Assembly: GCA_030698385.1 (NCBI GenBank)
Contig: JAUYLZ010000033.1
Coordinates: forward strand, 9,905 to 73,904
From: a bacterium
Lineage (GTDB): Bacteria > Patescibacteriota > Patescibacteriia > Patescibacteriales > XYC2-FULL-47-12
Length of the DNA stretch: 64,000 nucleotides
Direction: 5' to 3'
The notes beneath the pieces are model-generated. The model was not told the origin of the DNA, did not search any database, and saw only the letters and a program-made list of their open reading frames with translations. How positions within the stretch are numbered: position 1 is the first letter of the stretch; each line of letters starts with the position of its first letter. Shown here one piece after another: positions 1-9,374 of this stretch. The translations under genes and the position numbers were made by a program.

Positions 1-627
1 ATGAATCGCTACTTCAGTTATTCTATCCTTTGCCGCGTTAAAATCTTCTTCGGATTTCATGCCGACATCTTCTTTGTTCAATCCAGGAATGATATCTGTT
101 TTTTCCGCGGCTGAACTTTCTTCTATTAAAACAGCTTCTTCCTGCTCATCTTTTTTTGGCGGTAAATAACCAAGCTCTTCATCGCTTACCTCAGACTCAA
201 TTATGTCTTTAGTATTCGGAACAATTGAATCATCATTAATAAGATCTTCTTCTATAGCGGCTTCTTTTTCTGGAATGTCTTCTCTTTTAACATACCCTTT
301 TAATTCATCCATATCGCTAAGTTCCAGACCGGCATCGTCTTCAATCCTTTGCTCCAGGCGGTCGCATTGCTTTAATATTTCTTCATTGTCTTTGTACCCT
401 TGCGCGGCTACTCTCGCTCCCTGAATTGTATCATAAGCTTCACTTGTTTGTCCCAACGCTATATACTGCTCCGCGGCTTTGATATAAAGTCTAGCTTTGC
501 CAATACCGGTCTCGCTTTCCCCCTCACCAATGAGCGTTAAGGGCGATTTGGCCTCGGAGCCGTTCAAAACTACGTCCGGTCCGCCAACCTCTTCAATGCC
601 GTCTGGTTGTGCTGAAAATAATTTCAT
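1..627 (-). CDS. hypothetical protein, 5'-complete, 3' end runs off window start (acidic/Glu-rich)
   Basis: Reverse-strand ORF with ATG at 625-627 (MKLFSAQPDGIEEVGG...) continues to the window edge without a stop. Absent from the ORF track because it is truncated. No recognisable motif. Confidence 0.5.
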   Translation of the reverse strand, partial: MKLFSAQPDGIEEVGGPDVVLNGSEAKSPLTLIGEGESETGIGKARLYIKAAEQYIALGQTSEAYDTIQGARVAAQGYKDNEEILKQCDRLEQRIEDDAGLELSDMDELKGYVKREDIPEKEAAIEEDLINDDSIVPNTKDIIESEVSDEELGYLPPKKDEQEEAVLIEESSAAEKTDIIPGLNKEDVGMKSEEDFNAAKDRITEVAIH

Positions 628-692
628 AAAAAAATAGAGTTAAGCAACTCTATTATAACATATTTTTTCATTTATGACGATGTGAAAAAAAC

Positions 693-1274
693 CTAATGCA
701 AACTGTTTATAACCTCAATTTTTTTGGCCATCATCACTTCGGCAATAAAAACGTCGCCGACGTCACGACGGTAATGATAATCACTTTCATCAAGCAATGT
801 CCAGTTGATTTCCCAACCGATCATTTTTTCAAAATCACCGATTGCTTTCTTGCAGTATTTATTTTTGACACTGCCGACAAGCAACAGATCAATTGAGGTA
901 TCAGGCGAGTTTGTAAAACGGCCGGTCAAAATCGCATATTTGATATCACCGAGTTTTCTTAATTTTTCCTTAAAAGCCTCTAGATCCTGCACCTGAATTT
1001 TTACAAAAACATTTTGCAACTCATTATACAAGACAAAATTAGTATTAATCCGATAATGTTTTACATTGACCATTTTTTTGTTCACATCAACCGGTTTGGT
1101 TTCTTCAATAACGCTATCAGTAGACAAAAGCTTGGTTAATTCTTTATTAACACTGCGCACTATTGAACCGGTCTTTTTTGCAATATCGGCAGCGCTAAAA
1201 TCCTCTCCCGGATGCAGGGTTAGATACTTGAGAATTTTGACGCGAACGGCTGAGGAAAAAAGTTGAGTTAACAT
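693..1274 (-). CDS. winged helix-turn-helix transcriptional regulator with C-terminal nucleotidyltransferase-like domain
   Basis: 193 aa. N-terminus VRVKILKYLTLHPGEDFSAADIAKKTGSIVRSVNKEL looks like an ArsR/MarR-like wHTH. C-terminal LLLVGSV stretch resembles minimal nucleotidyltransferase folds. Confidence 0.5.
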   Translation of the reverse strand: MLTQLFSSAVRVKILKYLTLHPGEDFSAADIAKKTGSIVRSVNKELTKLLSTDSVIEETKPVDVNKKMVNVKHYRINTNFVLYNELQNVFVKIQVQDLEAFKEKLRKLGDIKYAILTGRFTNSPDTSIDLLLVGSVKNKYCKKAIGDFEKMIGWEINWTLLDESDYHYRRDVGDVFIAEVMMAKKIEVINSLH

Positions 1275-1459
1275 ACTACAGCTAATTTTTAATAAAAAAT
1301 GAAGATGGTCCTAAAAGTTCTTTAATAATATAATAGCAGATAACCTTAAAAAAAAGCAAGTCTTTTTGTCTACTTTGCGTTTTTATACTATAATATAAGC
1401 AATTAGGAAAAAAGCAAATGGATAGGCAATATCCGAATTTTAATTAATGCCTTTTTATT

Positions 1460-3769
1460 ATGTATTATAAATTAGAAAAGTTAGTCCTGACGCCGACCTC
1501 AGGCAAGCCATCAAGCACGGCTGAAGTTTTCATCAGCAATCCGCAAATTGACCAAGAAGCAATTTTGGGCAAACTTTTTTTCGCCTGCGAAATTGAATCT
1601 GTAAAATCAGATGCTCTAAAAATCATTAACTTCTTCATCTCTGCTCTGCCCAATAATTATTACCAGAGCGAAAAAATTTCTCTGCGTGAAAAAATGGGCA
1701 AAATAAACATCGCTACTTTGTTTGAAAACTCCATTGCCAGAGTAAACGCTGAGTTTGAAAAATTCGCCAAAAAAGAACGCGTCAAAATTGATGGAAAAAA
1801 AGTAAACTTAGTCGCTGGCGTAATCACCAAAAGTGAACTAATCTATAGCACGGTTGGAAGTATGCGCGCTATGCTTATCCACACCGAAGGCAAAAGTGAA
1901 AATGCTGAATCTTTAATAACTGCCGGCGAAGCCAATAAAAAAATTTACAAAATTGCGGTAATTGAAGAAAATGAAACTAGAAAAAAAGTAGATTTCAGTA
2001 AAATTTTTTCCAACGTAACTGAAGGGAAAATACCGCTGGAAGGTTATTTCGTTTTTACCAACGATATTTTGCCTGAGTATATTAGCAATAAGCATTTGAG
2101 CAAAATTATCACCACGCTGCCGCTGCCAAGCGCGGTTGAACAAATCAAATCCCAACTTCACAAAATCAATAACTACGTCACTTTCGTTGGCATTATTATA
2201 AAAAACTCCAGCCAGCCGCAAATAAAACGCTCAATTCCAAAAATGCAACTCCATGTTACTGCCAATAACTCGCTTGAAGAAATGCAATCAACCGAAAACC
2301 GAACATCAAAATATCTTTCTCCTTTTGGCGCTATAAATAAAGACAGAATTATAAACTTTTTTAAAAAAAATACCATCGGCCTGCTAAAGTCAGGCGGTTA
2401 CCCGCGCGAAAACTCAACCATTAGAGACAAAATATTTTTAACCAGAAAAAGCCCTTTTCGAGTAATACTCAGATTTTCCAATTATCTAAAAAATCTGTTC
2501 TCGCTCATAATCAACATTTTTTTCTACCTTATACAAATATCTTTACACCCGGTCTTACTAATCCGAAAAATTTCCCTTTTAACAAAAATTATACTCTCAA
2601 AAATTTTAGGATTTTTTTCTTTTTTGTACTTCTGGTACAAAAAACTGTCGCCGATTAGCAAAACCTGGCTGGTAATCTTTGTAATCTGCGCGTCTTTATT
2701 TACCTACAATATCTACAGTATTACCGGCTCAAAAAATCAACAAATCAACGAAGTCAGCTATCAGGAAAAAGTACAAACTATTCAACAAAAACAAAATCAA
2801 ATTGAAGCCGCCCTGCTCTACAAAGATGAAGAAAAAGCAAAAGCGCTCATTGAAGAAACAGCCGGATTAATTACTGAATTGAATTCCTATGAAAAAATTG
2901 ATGGGCGTTTAATAGAAACACTGCTTAGCAAAAATGCCGAGCAGCTAAAAAAAATCAGCCATGTAATCACCATTGATCCTCAAGAACTAATAGATTTTTC
3001 TAATTTGGAAAAAAATTCTCAACCGCAAAGTATGGCGCTGGTTGACACAATAGTTATAGCCGCCAACCCAAAAACCGGCACTCTCTTTCAGTATAATATC
3101 AAAGATAAAACAGCCAGCAACTTTGCCCTGACAAAAAATATAAACTTTGGCGCTCAGCCTGACAGTGATGAAGCTATTTTTATCTCCGCTCAAGGCGGTG
3201 TCAGAGTAGATAAAACCGGCATTATCCAGACCATTGATGAAAAAATCATAGACAGCCTTAATGAAATAAATGATATTGCCTATTTTAATAGCCGGCTATA
3301 CGTACTATCTGCGGCGAATAATAATATTTTGCGGTTTGCAAAAAATTTCGATACCTACGAAGAATGGGTAAAAGAAAATATAGATCTTAGCAATGCCGCC
3401 AGTGTCGCGATTGATGGCTATATCTATGTATTGAAAAATAATGGCGAAGTATTGAAATTTCTCTCCGGCTATACAAATAAATTTGAATTAAGTAAAATTA
3501 ATCCGCCGCTAACCAGCCCGACAAAAATTAAATTGACCGGTGACAGTGAAGCAGGCCAAATTTATATTCTTGAACCAAGCGCCAATCGAATTGCTGTATT
3601 TAGCAAGGAAGGAAAATTCATAACTCAATATCAGCTAGAAAATCTAACTGATTTAAAAGATTTTTTAGTCATCAAAAATAATGACGCGAAAAGCGTTAAC
3701 GCCAAAGATAAAATTCTGTTGCTGAGCGGTTCTAAAATTTACGAAATTGAAACTAGCGCTATTAAATAA
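1460..3769 (+). CDS. membrane signalling protein: N-terminal degenerate PP2C/SpoIIE-like domain, central TM segments, C-terminal beta-propeller-like repeats
   Basis: 769 aa. N-terminus has PP2C-like motif order (NLVAGVITKSELIYSTVGSMRAMLIH ~ vanvGDSRaylvr; GYFVFTNDIL ~ llLcSDGLwd; TFVGIII ~ DNiTvvvv). The canonical Asp residues are partly replaced. Hydrophobic block at aa ~330-420. C-terminus has repeated YVL/IYVL/IYIL strands. Confidence 0.55.
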   Translation: MYYKLEKLVLTPTSGKPSSTAEVFISNPQIDQEAILGKLFFACEIESVKSDALKIINFFISALPNNYYQSEKISLREKMGKINIATLFENSIARVNAEFEKFAKKERVKIDGKKVNLVAGVITKSELIYSTVGSMRAMLIHTEGKSENAESLITAGEANKKIYKIAVIEENETRKKVDFSKIFSNVTEGKIPLEGYFVFTNDILPEYISNKHLSKIITTLPLPSAVEQIKSQLHKINNYVTFVGIIIKNSSQPQIKRSIPKMQLHVTANNSLEEMQSTENRTSKYLSPFGAINKDRIINFFKKNTIGLLKSGGYPRENSTIRDKIFLTRKSPFRVILRFSNYLKNLFSLIINIFFYLIQISLHPVLLIRKISLLTKIILSKILGFFSFLYFWYKKLSPISKTWLVIFVICASLFTYNIYSITGSKNQQINEVSYQEKVQTIQQKQNQIEAALLYKDEEKAKALIEETAGLITELNSYEKIDGRLIETLLSKNAEQLKKISHVITIDPQELIDFSNLEKNSQPQSMALVDTIVIAANPKTGTLFQYNIKDKTASNFALTKNINFGAQPDSDEAIFISAQGGVRVDKTGIIQTIDEKIIDSLNEINDIAYFNSRLYVLSAANNNILRFAKNFDTYEEWVKENIDLSNAASVAIDGYIYVLKNNGEVLKFLSGYTNKFELSKINPPLTSPTKIKLTGDSEAGQIYILEPSANRIAVFSKEGKFITQYQLENLTDLKDFLVIKNNDAKSVNAKDKILLLSGSKIYEIETSAIK

Positions 3770-3788
3770 TTTATTTTTTATAATTATA

Positions 3789-3815
3789 AAATCCGGCATT
3801 TAAACCGGATTTTGT
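3789..3815 (+). terminator. putative intrinsic terminator for the 1460..3769 gene
   Basis: aatccgg-cattta-ccggatt hairpin followed by ttgtaaa (T-poor tail), 20 bp after the stop codon. Confidence 0.35.
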
Positions 3816-3870
3816 AAACCACTCTCGGCATCCCTGACCGCGGAGAGCGCGCGTTTTTATAAACAAAAAA

Positions 3871-3900
3871 GACCAGCGAATATTTGCTGGTCTTTTTTTT
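3871..3900. terminator. bidirectional intrinsic terminator (serves rplL on - strand)
   Basis: gaccagc-gaatattt-gctggtc hairpin followed by T8 on + strand and ttttttgttt on - strand, 9 bp beyond the rplL stop. Confidence 0.55.
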
Positions 3901-3908
3901 AAATTCAA

Positions 3909-4379
3909 TTACTTCAAAGTAGCTTGTCCGCCGGCGCCATCAATTTTTTTCTTCATCTCTTCAGCTTCTTCCTTTTTCACAGCCGTTTTGATAACTTTTG
4001 GCGCGCCATCAACCAAGTCTTTGGACTCTTTCAAGCCAAGTCCGGTGATTTCTTTCACTACTTTAATTACAGCGATTTTATTTTCGCCAACGCCAGTGAG
4101 TTCTACATCAAACTCTGATTTTTCCTCAACTGCCGCCTCACCGCCGCCGGCGCCCGGCATCGCGCCCATCATCATTGCTGGCGCGGAGGCGGAAACTCCA
4201 AATTTTTCCTCCAGGACTTTGACTAATTCAGACAAATCCAAAACTGACATTTTTTCGATTTCAGACACAATGGACTGAAACTTTTCCGGAACTTCAACTT
4301 TTTTTTCTTCTTTTGTTTCCGCAGTTGGAGCAACCTCAACTTTTCCCTCTGCGGCATTAGTTGTATTTTCTTCTGCCAT
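3909..4379 (-). CDS. rplL: 50S ribosomal protein L7/L12
   Basis: 156 aa. N-terminal dimerisation helix, Ala/Gly-rich hinge ([15 protein letters not shown]), and C-terminal domain [31 protein letters not shown]...KKIDGAGG typical of L12. Confidence 0.95.
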   Translation of the reverse strand: MAEENTTNAAEGKVEVAPTAETKEEKKVEVPEKFQSIVSEIEKMSVLDLSELVKVLEEKFGVSASAPAMMMGAMPGAGGGEAAVEEKSEFDVELTGVGENKIAVIKVVKEITGLGLKESKDLVDGAPKVIKTAVKKEEAEEMKKKIDGAGGQATLK

Positions 4380-4436
4380 ATTTTTTTTAATTAATTATTA
4401 TTAAATTATTATTTTATAAACCTTTAACTCTTAAAC

Positions 4437-4961
4437 TTAACTCTTCTTTTCTCCAACTGCTTTCAGGACATATAAGACATTTTTTAAATTTCCGGCCAAA
4501 GCGTTTACAAATCCTGATATTGGCGCGTTTATTGTGCCGACTACCATGCCATAGAGCTGGTGCTTGGATGGCAACTGTGCCAGCGCTTTTACTTGCGCGG
4601 CATCAATGTACTTTTTTTCCAATACACCGCCGATAATTTCCATGCTTTCGTGTTTTTTGGAAAAATCATTCAAAACTTTTGCCGGCGCGACCTCGTCATC
4701 GTAGCTAAAAATAGCCGCTACCTCGCCAGACATTTCTTTTGCTTTAACGCCGTTAATTTCACTTTCGGAAAAAATACGGTCAAGCAATGTTTTTTTGGCG
4801 ACAATATACTCGCTGCCGGCTTGACGGAACTGCCGACGCAAATCATTGATATCATTGGCGCTAGTGCCAAAAAATTTGGAAAAAAATACAGATTTGGAAC
4901 GAGACAATTTGTCTGTTAAATCTTTTATGATCATCACTTTTTGTTGTTTCGTAATAGGCAT
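4437..4961 (-). CDS. rplJ: 50S ribosomal protein L10
   Basis: 174 aa, immediately upstream of rplL on the same strand. L10-like sequence (KQQKVMIIKDLTDKL...IVAKKTLL). Confidence 0.9.
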   Translation of the reverse strand: MPITKQQKVMIIKDLTDKLSRSKSVFFSKFFGTSANDINDLRRQFRQAGSEYIVAKKTLLDRIFSESEINGVKAKEMSGEVAAIFSYDDEVAPAKVLNDFSKKHESMEIIGGVLEKKYIDAAQVKALAQLPSKHQLYGMVVGTINAPISGFVNALAGNLKNVLYVLKAVGEKKS

Positions 4962-5054
4962 AATTTTGTTAAATTACAAGTTCCAAATAACAAATATCAA
5001 AAAAATTATAAATTTAAAATTTTAATATTTAGAACCTATAATAATATAAAATAA

Positions 5055-5190
5055 AAAAATCTCCGATAAAAACCGCAGATATTAGGATAATTAATTCTGA
5101 AATTTGCAATTTGCATTCAAAAATTAATACTTTTCCTCGACGAGATGTTTAACGCGAATTGCGCCTCGTTGTCTGCGGCTTGCCCCGTAA
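5055..5190 (-). promoter_or_regulatory. possible rplJ (L10) leader structure
   Basis: GC-enriched island inside an AT-rich ~400 bp 5' UTR. Outer inverted repeat ccgcaga/tctgcgg encloses inner hairpins (cgacgag...ctcgttg). Its position matches known L10 autoregulatory leaders. Confidence 0.25.
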
Positions 5191-5378
5191 AATTTAATTA
5201 TTTAGGGGATATTCAGTTATTATAGACATAATAGCATACCTTTAATTTTTGTCAAATGCATTTTTTTGTCAAAATACCACTGCTTACATATTTTATGTTA
5301 ATAACTATTTTTGGTGTAAAAATTTACTTTAATGTTAGCACCTTGACAAAAAAAATAAAAAAATGGCAAAGCAATTTT

Positions 5379-6026
5379 TTATTTTTCTTCATGTATTTTA
5401 GTAAATATTAAGTTACCGTTCCAGGAATTATTTATTAACTTTTTACCAACCCACACTTTATTCTTCTTGTAGCCTGGCCAATAATCAGGATCATTAATTA
5501 ATAAACCAGACACTTCACAATTATTATCAGTTTTATAGCCAAAACACACAACCAGGTGGCCACCTTTCTTTTTTACTTTACCATTTTCGTCAAAATTACC
5601 ACCGCCTAGCCCAGTAGTAACTGATAATATCAATATATAACCATCTTTTATTAATCGCGCTAAACTTTCAAGTGATTTCATTTTTTTTCGAAAAGATTTA
5701 ATATTATAACTCTTTAGTATCCTAACCATAGAATCATGAATCCACCCTCGCTCCTTATCATAAGCATTAATTTGCTGACCTAATCTTATAATATCGCCAA
5801 ATTTAATATGTTTTTCTTCTATGGCATGAATAACCATTTCTAAGCAAGCCGCACCACACCCCTCTTCTCTCCAATACTTTGCTTCCGCTAAATTGAGTAT
5901 TCCCCGCTCTAAATAATTTGATTCTGTAATATCTTGATCATGAAAAAAATCTTTCTCAATAACAATATATTTTTCATTCGAAAATAATTTTTTTTTCTTA
6001 ATTAATTTTTCTAATTTAAATAACAT
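5379..6026 (-). CDS. peptidase C39-like (papain-fold cysteine peptidase) domain protein, standalone
   Basis: 215 aa. CGAACLEMV matches the C39 catalytic Cys motif (CGxAcLxM). GHLVVCFGY...LINDP matches the C39 His/Asp region (HyvVl...i.DP). No transporter domain and no signal peptide. Confidence 0.6.
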   Translation of the reverse strand: MLFKLEKLIKKKKLFSNEKYIVIEKDFFHDQDITESNYLERGILNLAEAKYWREEGCGAACLEMVIHAIEEKHIKFGDIIRLGQQINAYDKERGWIHDSMVRILKSYNIKSFRKKMKSLESLARLIKDGYILILSVTTGLGGGNFDENGKVKKKGGHLVVCFGYKTDNNCEVSGLLINDPDYWPGYKKNKVWVGKKLINNSWNGNLIFTKIHEEK

Positions 6027-6112
6027 TGTAAATTACCCTGCGGCAGAGACCGCAGTGTGAAATTATTATTTCTCTCACTTAATTTCATACTCTGTCAAAA
6101 ATTTGCTTTAAC

Positions 6113-6817
6113 TTAATAAGTACTGCTAATTACCGTACCATTGCACTTATTATTTTTAAATAAATTATCCAGATTCCCCAACTTTTTCCCATTCATTATC
6201 ACAACTTTTAGTTTCAACTTTTCAGCCAATTTTGAAGCAATCGGATCAAAAGGCTTGCTCATGCCCGGCGTCCACTTATCCCCCACTATTTTTCTAAAAT
6301 CAGGCCAGTTAATTTTTTCAATTTTTTTCGCATCTTTAAACTTCTTGGGGTCTTTAGTATAAACATAATCAATATTGGATAAATTTATTACTTTATTAAC
6401 GCCATAAGCATCCGCCAACCTCACTGCCACATAATCGGTTGACCAGCCCGGTTTCCAGCCGCCAGCCACAATAATTTTTTCCTTAAACTTAATTTTTTTG
6501 TCAGCATGCCTGATAATTTCCGGGTGCGACCAGTCATAAAAAATCGTACGTACCAAATGCGCGTTCAGGCGTGAAGAATGAATCCCCAGCCAGTCGCGGT
6601 CCTCGCTTTTGATAGCTAGCACTTTTTGCGCCGCTTGCGCGTACTGGCGCGCGGTTACCCCGCCGCCGGCAACAATAATAAACTTCTTGCCTTTTTTTAT
6701 CTGTTTGACAATGGTTGCTCTGAATTTTTTTAAATATTGCCAGTCGATTCCTGAGTGAGGCACAATGAGCGAACCGCCCAATGAAACTACATACATTTGA
6801 CTATTAACATTTGACAT
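6113..6817 (-). CDS. pyrH: amino-acid-kinase family protein, UMP kinase-like (archaeal-type PyrH)
   Basis: 234 aa. VVSLGGSLI ... FIIVAGGGVTARQY matches UMPK/amino acid kinase N-terminal and glycine-loop motifs. Length fits the short archaeal-type UMPK. Confidence 0.6.
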   Translation of the reverse strand: MSNVNSQMYVVSLGGSLIVPHSGIDWQYLKKFRATIVKQIKKGKKFIIVAGGGVTARQYAQAAQKVLAIKSEDRDWLGIHSSRLNAHLVRTIFYDWSHPEIIRHADKKIKFKEKIIVAGGWKPGWSTDYVAVRLADAYGVNKVINLSNIDYVYTKDPKKFKDAKKIEKINWPDFRKIVGDKWTPGMSKPFDPIASKLAEKLKLKVVIMNGKKLGNLDNLFKNNKCNGTVISSTY

Positions 6818-7247
6818 TTAACTATAATTTATTATTTAAAAGTTTTTTTCTAAATGCTGTAAGTTGATTACCTAGTGCTTCAGCTTTTAATAGAAAGTCG
6901 TTATGAGTATTTAGAGAGATATATTTGCTATCAAGAGCGATATCTAAACATGCTACTACTTCATTTAATGATGTATGCGCTAAATTAAGAAAATGAGCAA
7001 AGTCCTTATCAGTTCCTCTATCAGAACCTTCTGCAATATTTAATATTATTGAATACAATGCTCTCCACATCTGCGAAGATAAGCAATACTTTTCATTAGA
7101 TGGAAAATCTTGATAGATTATTAATTTAACTTCACAACAAAACATTCTCGCATCTTTATAAACTTGAAAATTTCTAAATCGAAATTTTTTTATAAACACA
7201 GAGCTAGTCATAAAAAAAGTTAAATGTTAATAGTCAATAGTCAATTG
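6794..7247 (-). mobile_element. TIR-bounded mini-cassette A carrying a four-helix-bundle gene (IVS-like element)
   Basis: ~29-bp imperfect inverted repeats (24/29 match): catttgactattaacatttgacatttaac (6794-6822) versus the reverse complement of gttaaatgttaatagtcaatagtcaattg (7219-7247). They abut the ORF on both sides. The element sits exactly between the mltG stop (7249) and the pyrH-like start (6817, inside the left repeat). Confidence 0.4.
6822..7211 (-). CDS. four helix bundle protein (TIGR02436-like; '23S rRNA intervening sequence protein' family)
   Basis: 129 aa, helical, with the family hallmark AEG motif (NIAEGSDRGTDKDFAHFLNLAHTSLNEV). Confidence 0.75.
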   Translation of the reverse strand: MTSSVFIKKFRFRNFQVYKDARMFCCEVKLIIYQDFPSNEKYCLSSQMWRALYSIILNIAEGSDRGTDKDFAHFLNLAHTSLNEVVACLDIALDSKYISLNTHNDFLLKAEALGNQLTAFRKKLLNNKL

Positions 7248-7248
7248 T

Positions 7249-8295
7249 TCAACGAAGGTAAAGCGCTTTGTTTTTATTATGTTCATCAAGCGTCTCGGCA
7301 AAATATGACTGTCCGGTCTCTAAATTATTAAGAAAGTATAGATAATTAGTGTCATCAGGATAAATAGCCGCGGTAATCGCGTTCAAACCCGGGTTGGAAA
7401 TTGGCGCCGGCGGCAAACCGCGATATTTATAAGTATTAAACGGCGTATCAGTTTCTAACTCTGCCAAGTTATGCGCCGGCTTTTTGTCCTTTAAATAATA
7501 ACTAAGTGTAGCGTCCGACTGCAAAGCCATGTCAATTCCCAAACGATTCCAAAAAATTCCTGAGACCACTTTCATGTCTTCAGCGCTACGCACCTCACGT
7601 TCTATGATTGAAGCCATGGTGATAATTTCATAAACTGATTTATTTTGTTTGGCGATATCTTCGCGCATTTGTGGAGTTAATTTTTTGGAAAAATTATTCA
7701 ACATCTTTGCGATAATATCACCTGCGTTCGCGTCTTTAAAAACTCTATAAGTATCCGGAAATAAGAATCCTTCTAAAGTAGTCTCTACAGCTCCACCGGG
7801 CGCTTCTTTTAAAAAAGTATAAACATCAGCTGATTCTGTATCCACGCAGTCATTATATTTCGGGCAGTTAACCAGCTTAGAAAAAAGCGCACCTGAAGCA
7901 ATATTATTCGTTTCCAAATAATCGGCAATATCGCTCGCGCGCCAGCCTTCAATTATTTTTACTATCTTTTCATTGCTTAATGCCTCGCCACGCACCAATG
8001 TTTTGGAAATTTCAGCAATTGTCATTTTTTTGTCCAAAACATAATCACCGGCCTGAATATTTGCGCCCCAATTTTTTAACCAAATATACATTTCAAAATT
8101 AAATTTGCTGGCGATTAAATTCTGATCCGCCAAATTTTGTCCAACCACACTGACCCCTTGACCCGGATCAATAGTAAATAAAACTTCTTGAGAGACACTC
8201 TGAACAGATCCGTTAAACGAACTAAAAAAATAAACCATGACAATAACAATAGCAGTAATAGCAACCACGACCGCGATGTAAATTTTTTTTAACAT
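7249..8295 (-). CDS. mltG: endolytic murein transglycosylase MltG (YceG-like)
   Basis: 348 aa. N-terminal TM helix, then YceG-like domain (FTIDPGQGVSVVGQNLADQNLI...; C-terminal ...GQSYFAETLDEHNKNKALY). Confidence 0.85.
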   Translation of the reverse strand: MLKKIYIAVVVAITAIVIVMVYFFSSFNGSVQSVSQEVLFTIDPGQGVSVVGQNLADQNLIASKFNFEMYIWLKNWGANIQAGDYVLDKKMTIAEISKTLVRGEALSNEKIVKIIEGWRASDIADYLETNNIASGALFSKLVNCPKYNDCVDTESADVYTFLKEAPGGAVETTLEGFLFPDTYRVFKDANAGDIIAKMLNNFSKKLTPQMREDIAKQNKSVYEIITMASIIEREVRSAEDMKVVSGIFWNRLGIDMALQSDATLSYYLKDKKPAHNLAELETDTPFNTYKYRGLPPAPISNPGLNAITAAIYPDDTNYLYFLNNLETGQSYFAETLDEHNKNKALYLR

Positions 8296-8297
8296 AT

Positions 8298-9374
8298 TTA
8301 TAGATATTTATCTAAACCTAATTCTTTAATTTTTTCAACAATTTTTTTCACGTCCTGAGCGCTATCCTGATGGCAAACTAGTGTCGCGTCTTGCGTGACG
8401 ACAACAATCATGTCTCGCAATCCGGCGGTTGAGACAATGTTGCTGCTAAAATTATATATCAAATTGTTGCTGCAATCAACTTCTATGATTGTTCCTTTTT
8501 TGATATTTTGTTCGTTTTCGTTTTTTAAGACATCCTTAATTGTTTTCCAATGTCCGATATCAGCGAAGCCGAGATCAGCCGGGATGACGATTAAGTTTTT
8601 TGCTTTTTCCATAATGCCGTAGTCGATTGAGATTGGATCTATTTTGGCGAACTCTTTTTTGATAATCTCATCCGCGTCAGAAGTGCCGATAGCGGCATTT
8701 ATTTTCATAAAAATTTCATACATTTTAGGAAGGAACTGTTGGTACTGAGCTAAAAGCGCATCAACTCGCCAGATGAAGTAACCTGGATTCCAGAGATACT
8801 CCCATTGCTTAATAAGCTCTTCGGCCGTAGCGCGGTCCGGCTTTTCAATAAACCGCTCAACTTTAAAAATCTCATCATTACCAACTGAGAGCAACTGACC
8901 GTTCATTTTTATATATCCATATCCAGTCTCTGCGTAAGTGGGATTAACGCCGACTAATCCGCCATACTCGGGGTTGCGTTCAATAACGTTTCCGGCGAGC
9001 CGAAGAATTCTCAAGTACTCAACCTCATTTTCAATATAGTGATCAGAGTGAACTGTGATTATAATTTCTTTTTGGTTGCTATGATAAAAATGCAACGCCG
9101 TAAAACCAACCGCCGCGGCCGTGTCTTTTTTTTCCGGCTCGCAAAGAATGTTTTTTTCATCTATCTGCGGCAACTGTTCGATAATGCTTGATTTATAATC
9201 AACGCAAGTTGCGATAAAAATATCCTCTTTTCGAAACCCCTTTAACAGACGCTGATATGATTTTTGTAATAGTGTCTGATCATCAACAAAAGGTTGCACC
9301 TGTTTTGGCATACTCTTGCGGGAAACCGGCCAAAGCCTGGTTCCCGACCCTCCAGCTAGGATGATAATTTTCAT
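8298..9374 (-). CDS. mannose-1-phosphate guanylyltransferase (GDP-mannose pyrophosphorylase)
   Basis: 358 aa. ILAGGSGTRLWPVSR nucleotidyl-binding loop plus FIEKP, NPGYFIW and SIDYGIMEKA motifs of the ManC family. Confidence 0.85.
   Translation of the reverse strand: MKIIILAGGSGTRLWPVSRKSMPKQVQPFVDDQTLLQKSYQRLLKGFRKEDIFIATCVDYKSSIIEQLPQIDEKNILCEPEKKDTAAAVGFTALHFYHSNQKEIIITVHSDHYIENEVEYLRILRLAGNVIERNPEYGGLVGVNPTYAETGYGYIKMNGQLLSVGNDEIFKVERFIEKPDRATAEELIKQWEYLWNPGYFIWRVDALLAQYQQFLPKMYEIFMKINAAIGTSDADEIIKKEFAKIDPISIDYGIMEKAKNLIVIPADLGFADIGHWKTIKDVLKNENEQNIKKGTIIEVDCSNNLIYNFSSNIVSTAGLRDMIVVVTQDATLVCHQDSAQDVKKIVEKIKELGLDKYL

Noticed and set aside
203-424. 73-aa + strand ORF
   Set aside because: Lies antisense inside the longer minus-strand ORF that runs off the window start. 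Low-complexity Ser-rich translation typical of antisense frames.
1465-1653. 62-aa minus ORF and other short antisense ORFs (1913..2221, 2173..2376, 2987..3193)
   Set aside because: Fully contained within the 769-aa + strand gene in other frames. No independent signals.
3924-4278. + strand ORFs overlapping rplL
   Set aside because: Antisense to a highly confident ribosomal protein gene. Products low-complexity.
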